From positions 1 to 30,826 of the IMG/VR virus record IMGVR_UViG_3300025723_000127: a stretch of 30,826 bases of DNA; one strand, written 5' to 3'. The DNA is from a virus (lineage: Duplodnaviria > Caudoviricetes). A program made the position numbers and the translations under genes. The notes beneath the pieces are model-generated. The model saw only the letters and a program-made list of their open reading frames with translations. It was not told the origin of the DNA and did not search any database. This document shows, in pieces, positions 26,488 to 30,826 of this stretch; the stretch's first letter is position 1; every line of letters begins with the position of its first letter.

Positions 26488-26855
26488 TGAGCATTGTACC
26501 TATTGTAGTAATTAGTAGCACAGCATTTGGAAATGCTTATGGAGAATATAATGGTACTGATATTAATTGGTACAGCTCTCCTTATAAAGGTGATGGTTAT
26601 TATGGGTATACTGACGGACTGCACACATACAGCTATCAATTAACAGGATTTGTTGGCATACTTGGTTTTCAAGCATCGTTGGCAACTACACCAACTGCTG
26701 CTGATTGGTTTGATATTTCCACTTCTCAAGTGGGAGATAGTATTCATCCTGTAACAGCTACAGGATTTAAGAATTTCAGTGGAAATTTTGTTTGGGTACG
26801 TGTATCCATAACCAGTTTTACAGCAGGTACAATCAATAAAGTACTATATAATTAA
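26487..26855 (+). CDS. Beta-rich hypothetical, probable virion protein
   Basis: KGDGYYG.TDGLHT...F.G....QASLAT.P...DWF...NFSGNFVWVR. Confidence 0.75.
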   Translation: MSIVPIVVISSTAFGNAYGEYNGTDINWYSSPYKGDGYYGYTDGLHTYSYQLTGFVGILGFQASLATTPTAADWFDISTSQVGDSIHPVTATGFKNFSGNFVWVRVSITSFTAGTINKVLYN

Positions 26856-26888
26856 AAACAATTAATCAATTAGAGAAGAGAATCATCA

Positions 26889-27737
26889 ATGACTGAACAA
26901 ATTAATGAAGAAACATTTGGACTCCCCCCTGAAGTTTTAGCTTATCTACGCACAACACACATTCATTTCTGTTTACCTATGTATAATGGTATTTGTAATG
27001 AAGCTACTTTTATCAGTATGATTAAGTTTGGTATTATTGCTAGTAAGTTGGGTATTAACTATAGCATTGATACCATGGTAAACGAATCACTTATTACACG
27101 CGGTCGTAATAACTTGGTCGCTAAGTTTTTATTTAATCAAGCTGCAACACATCTTATGTTCATTGACGTTGATCTTGGATTTGATGCGGAAGCGATTCTC
27201 AGATTGCTTTGTGCAAATCAAGATTTAGTAGGTGGTGTTTATCCAATGAAGCGTATTCCAATTCGCTACGTTATCAATACTGTTCCAAATCCAGTGGTAC
27301 AGGGTGATCTAGTAGAAGTCAGTACACTTGGCACAGGATTTATGCTAATTAGACGAGAAGTCATTGAGAAAATGATTGCTGCACATCCTGAACTAAAGTA
27401 TCGTGATAATATTGGAATTGGTGCTCAGTACGAGCCATTGATGTATGGCTTGTTTGATACAATGATTGATCCTGATGGCAACTACCTATCAGAAGATTGG
27501 ACATTCTGTTATCTATGGCGTTTAATGGGTGGTAAGGTATTTGCTGATACTGGTATTAAGTTAGATCATACTGGATATCACAAGTATGCAGGCGATCTTG
27601 ACGAGCTTAAGCGTGTATTGACTAATCAAATATCAAACGGCGGGCCTATTCATCCCGAAGCAGTTCCTCCGGTAATTGAACTTAATCTAGATGATACAGA
27701 TGATGTTGAAGTTATTGAAAATAAGGAGTTAACATGA
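26889..27737 (+). CDS. GT-A fold glycosyltransferase-like protein
   Basis: ESLITRGRNNLV..FL....THLMFIDVD, VGGVYP, GTGFMLIRR, YLSEDWTFC..WR..GG.V..D..I.L.H.G. Confidence 0.8.
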   Translation: MTEQINEETFGLPPEVLAYLRTTHIHFCLPMYNGICNEATFISMIKFGIIASKLGINYSIDTMVNESLITRGRNNLVAKFLFNQAATHLMFIDVDLGFDAEAILRLLCANQDLVGGVYPMKRIPIRYVINTVPNPVVQGDLVEVSTLGTGFMLIRREVIEKMIAAHPELKYRDNIGIGAQYEPLMYGLFDTMIDPDGNYLSEDWTFCYLWRLMGGKVFADTGIKLDHTGYHKYAGDLDELKRVLTNQISNGGPIHPEAVPPVIELNLDDTDDVEVIENKELT

Positions 27738-28201
27738 GCAAGGAAAATGTTGAAATTGAAGTGCAACTAGCTAGTCAATGGCATAATGATCCTCCAGTAT
27801 TTGAAGTATCTCTTGATGACGAATACGAACTTGGATACGGAAATGTATCAGAAAAAGATGAAGTTGGCGAATTTAAGAGTATCAAGTGGACCGGGGAATT
27901 AGATGAGAATGAACACACTCTGAAGATTCATCTTAAAGGTAAGAACGTTGGGAAAAGTCATACCCTTAAAGATTCTAATGGTAATGTCTTAGATGATCAA
28001 TTACTTTTTATTAAGTCAATTCTCATTGACGGAATTGATTTAGGACATGTGGCTACTCGTTTAAGCAAGTATTATCCTGACAATAGCGATAGGTCTAATG
28101 CTCCAAAACTAATCGAAGGTAAGAATGTTATGGGCTACAATGGGGTATGGCAGCTTACTTTCTCTGTACCTACATATATGTGGATGTTAGAAAATTTCTA
28201 A
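27734..28201 (+). CDS. Hypothetical protein
   Basis: 155-aa ORF, AAGGAG SD, ATGA overlap; C-terminal MGYNG.W.L.F..P.Y.WMLE. Confidence 0.75.
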   Translation: MSKENVEIEVQLASQWHNDPPVFEVSLDDEYELGYGNVSEKDEVGEFKSIKWTGELDENEHTLKIHLKGKNVGKSHTLKDSNGNVLDDQLLFIKSILIDGIDLGHVATRLSKYYPDNSDRSNAPKLIEGKNVMGYNGVWQLTFSVPTYMWMLENF

Positions 28202-28205
28202 CAGC

Positions 28206-28213
28206 TATAAATA
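28206..28213 (+). promoter_or_regulatory. T4-type late promoter TATAAATA
   Basis: Exact consensus, 4 nt before ATG 28218. Confidence 0.75.
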
Positions 28214-28217
28214 TTAG

Positions 28218-29333
28218 ATGCGAGCACAAGAATTCCTAACTGAAGCTGATGAAGCTAACTATAGCTTAGAAAATGCTAGAATATCACATCCTGAAGATAA
28301 GGTTATTGCTACGGGATCAGTGGGAGCTAAAGAAGCCATTGCTGCCATAAAGCAAATGGCTACTAATCCTGAAACTATTTCAATCAAACCAGATGGTAAA
28401 CCTGCCATCTTTTGGGGTAGAGATGAAAATGGATTTGGAATGATGGACAAGCATATGTTTGCTAAAGGCATTATTCCTCATAGCCCGCAAGAATTAGCAC
28501 AAATTTATTCTGAGAGAAAAGGCGGCGGCAGAGAAGAACTATCATCAATGATGACTGCACTATGGCCGCAATTTGAAGCTAGTTTAGCAAGTGGCTTCAA
28601 AGGATGGATGTTTGGAGATTTACTTTATAGTCAACGCCCTCCAGTACAAAACGGATCATTTGTGTTCCAACCTAATACTGTTGTATACTCTGTTCCAGTT
28701 AACGAACCACTGGGACAACAAATTGCCAAAAGCACAAGTGGTATTGTAGCTCACAGCTACTTTGCAGCACCAGGCCAGCCAGGTAAACATATTAATAAGT
28801 TAAGTGGCATAAACACAAATGGACCTTTGCTTGTTATCACTGATCAGTTTACTAGTCCTCCCCGAGTTAAAATTCCACCAGATCTAAAGTCAATTGAGTC
28901 ATTCATTAATAGTAATGGTGCACCATTGGATAAACTTCTAGATCGTAGTGCATTAGCTGCTATGAAAATTACAAGCTTTCCTCAGATATTTCAAAAGTAT
29001 GTTAACTCAAAAGTTAAAGCTCGCGATTTTAGCAATTTTGGATCTGATTTTATCGAATGGATGGCAGGTGCTAAAGTAAGCCCAAGTATGCAACAGAATA
29101 TTGCAGCACACTTAAAAGCTAATGCTGGTGGGTATAAAGTATTATGCCATGCATTTTTGGGAATTATGAAAGTCAAAGATAATATTGTTGCAGCATTGGA
29201 TAATCATCCAGCACCAATGAGAGCAACAATTCAAGGCACACCAGGACAAGAAGGATATCTAGTTCATACTGGCGCCGGGCCGGTTAAAGCAGTTGATCGA
29301 CAACGATTCTCTGCTGCCAACTTTGAACACTAA
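28218..29333 (+). CDS. DUF6267-like protein with ligase-type nucleotidyltransferase motifs
   Basis: ISHPED, SIKPDGKPAIFWG (KxDG), FGDLLY, FQPNTVVY, EGYLV, VKAVDR..FS..NF. Confidence 0.65.
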   Translation: MRAQEFLTEADEANYSLENARISHPEDKVIATGSVGAKEAIAAIKQMATNPETISIKPDGKPAIFWGRDENGFGMMDKHMFAKGIIPHSPQELAQIYSERKGGGREELSSMMTALWPQFEASLASGFKGWMFGDLLYSQRPPVQNGSFVFQPNTVVYSVPVNEPLGQQIAKSTSGIVAHSYFAAPGQPGKHINKLSGINTNGPLLVITDQFTSPPRVKIPPDLKSIESFINSNGAPLDKLLDRSALAAMKITSFPQIFQKYVNSKVKARDFSNFGSDFIEWMAGAKVSPSMQQNIAAHLKANAGGYKVLCHAFLGIMKVKDNIVAALDNHPAPMRATIQGTPGQEGYLVHTGAGPVKAVDRQRFSAANFEH

Positions 29334-29334
29334 G

Positions 29335-29341
29335 ATAAATA
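29335..29341 (+). promoter_or_regulatory. Late promoter motif ATAAATA
   Basis: Intergenic, upstream of ATG 29363. Confidence 0.7.
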
Positions 29342-29362
29342 TTCTATAGACAGGTCCTGCAA

Positions 29363-30826
29363 ATGCGATTAGATGAAATAGATCAGCCAAATAAGAAAGT
29401 TGTTTTTACATTTGGGCGTCTAAATCCTCCCCATTATGGGCATGGCGGTCTGATTAAAACACTACAATTAGTTGCAAAACAACAGGGCGCACACTGGTAT
29501 CTTTTTGTCAGTAGCAAGCATGAACCAGAAAAAAATCCATTAAGTTACGAACAAAAGTGCCATTGGATTAGACTACTGTTTCCAGAAGTTGAAGGTCATC
29601 TTGTTATTGATGCTTCGGTAAAAACTCCACTGATTGCTGCAACTTGGCTTTATAAACAAGGTTTTAGATCAGCTACATTTGTTGCAGGTGAAGATGATAT
29701 GGAATCATATTCTCAAATGATTAAGAGCGGTAACGAACATGGTCGTAAGAATCCAGATGCTGTAAGAATGGGCAAGGGGTTTTATTTTGAACCATTAGAA
29801 TTTTCTGTCAGTGCAAGGATTGCAAGTGCTACTAATTCACGTGCTGCTGTTACCAATAATGATCCAGAAGCATTTGCTCGTAGTATTCTCGGACCTAAGA
29901 TTACTAATCCACAGCTATTAAAAGCTGTTGCTAAAGATATGTTTCCAATGGTGCGTAAAGGTATGCAGCTGGAAAGTATCAATGAGGATACAGAAGAAGA
30001 CGAGCGTCATGCATTTATGATGCGTCCAGAAAATCAAAAACCTACTGCATTGTCACAAGGTATAATGAAATATACCCCAATGGGAGATGTTGCTAAGATT
30101 GGATCTGCTGTTAATCAAGGAAGATATAAAGATGCAATATTACCTGCTGCTCAGCTTGCAACGAATTTAATTCCTGGAAAAGCTGCTGCAACTGCGGCAA
30201 GTACTGCTATTGGTGCCGCAAGAGGTATTGCAGATGAAAGCGAAGAACTTAACAAGCGTACTCCAAACGTAAGAGAACTTGCTAAGAAGTACATGACTAC
30301 TCCTAAAGAAGTACATAAAGCACTAGCCCAGGGCATTAAAGTAGAGTTTGAACATACTAATGATATCGAAGTTGCAACTGAAATTGCAATGGATCATCTT
30401 GGTGAAAAGTTAGACTACTATACCAGACTTGCTAAAGTCGAAGAGAACTTTTCTGATGGTAAAGGGCCTGGACGTTCAGGTGATAGTCAGCGTCATGGTA
30501 TCCCTAAGAAAGCCACAATGGCAGAACTAGAGAAAGCCAGCCATGCCAACGGGCGCAAAGGGCAGTTAGCACGTTGGCAGCTTAACATGCGTCGTGGAAA
30601 GAAAAAAGCAAATGAAGAAATAACTGAATCTCCAAAGATGAGACCATTTCAAATCGTCGGCGGATACGGGTTCGAAACACAAATTCATAAATTTGAAGCA
30701 CCTTCTCAAGCAGATGCAGAAAGATATGCAGAGAAATGGGCTGTTCAAAATGTTGATTTAATTCCTGGAAAAGCAAAGCGTTATTTTGTAAGACCCATTA
30801 CTAAATTTGTTCAACAACCATCATAT
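29363..30826 (+). CDS. Multidomain protein (3'-truncated): HxGH cytidylyltransferase-like domain, DUF5661-like domain and further modules (not in the ORF track)
   Basis: Open from ATG 29363 to the window end: VVFTFGRLNPPHYGH...KNPLSYEQK...VAGEDD...SATNSRAA; later GIKVEFEHTNDIEVATEIAMDHLGEKLDYYTRL; ENFSDGKGPGRSG module. Confidence 0.85.
   Translation, partial: MRLDEIDQPNKKVVFTFGRLNPPHYGHGGLIKTLQLVAKQQGAHWYLFVSSKHEPEKNPLSYEQKCHWIRLLFPEVEGHLVIDASVKTPLIAATWLYKQGFRSATFVAGEDDMESYSQMIKSGNEHGRKNPDAVRMGKGFYFEPLEFSVSARIASATNSRAAVTNNDPEAFARSILGPKITNPQLLKAVAKDMFPMVRKGMQLESINEDTEEDERHAFMMRPENQKPTALSQGIMKYTPMGDVAKIGSAVNQGRYKDAILPAAQLATNLIPGKAAATAASTAIGAARGIADESEELNKRTPNVRELAKKYMTTPKEVHKALAQGIKVEFEHTNDIEVATEIAMDHLGEKLDYYTRLAKVEENFSDGKGPGRSGDSQRHGIPKKATMAELEKASHANGRKGQLARWQLNMRRGKKKANEEITESPKMRPFQIVGGYGFETQIHKFEAPSQADAERYAEKWAVQNVDLIPGKAKRYFVRPITKFVQQPSY

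Noticed and set aside
3273-30776. Short antisense or out-of-frame ORFs in the supplied track (e.g. 3382-3648, 12737-13021, 15875-16240, 26355-26639, 29782-29982, 30151-30336)
   Set aside because: They lie within or opposite well-supported genes and read as shadows of codon bias or repeats, without recognisable motifs.
1-30826. Stop-codon reassignment as in some large phages
   Set aside because: Known genes are full length in the standard code, and TAA, TGA and TAG all end genes at sensible, often coupled, positions.
1-30826. tRNA, rRNA or other structured ncRNA genes
   Set aside because: Intergenic gaps are short and explained by promoters and hairpins. No cloverleaf was seen by eye; a covariance-model scan would be needed to exclude them formally.

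Overview
AT-rich fragment of a large (jumbo-type, distantly T4-like) tailed phage genome, almost all on the + strand, standard genetic code. It contains host-like accessory genes (IF-1, IscA/HesB, MazG-like, GroES, DnaJ/CbpA, ClpA, PhoH, a glycosyltransferase), a tail fibre/baseplate block (2264-13673), replication genes (a stand-alone DnaE fragment and a gp44/RFC-type clamp loader), a GIY-YIG/NUMOD3 homing endonuclease, a spanin-spanin-holin cassette, and two putative head-packaged nucleotidyltransferase-fold proteins at the right end. Recurring (T)ATAAATA late-promoter motifs and sigma70-like promoters are visible. The most notable locus is 15500-16284. There the endonuclease sits inside an apparently ancestral copy of the dnaE 3' end. 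A recoded copy of that 3' end completes the gene upstream and can base-pair with the endonuclease Shine-Dalgarno sequence. Several other genes have a promoter embedded in a hairpin that sequesters the ribosome-binding site. All family assignments come from motif recognition, not database searches.
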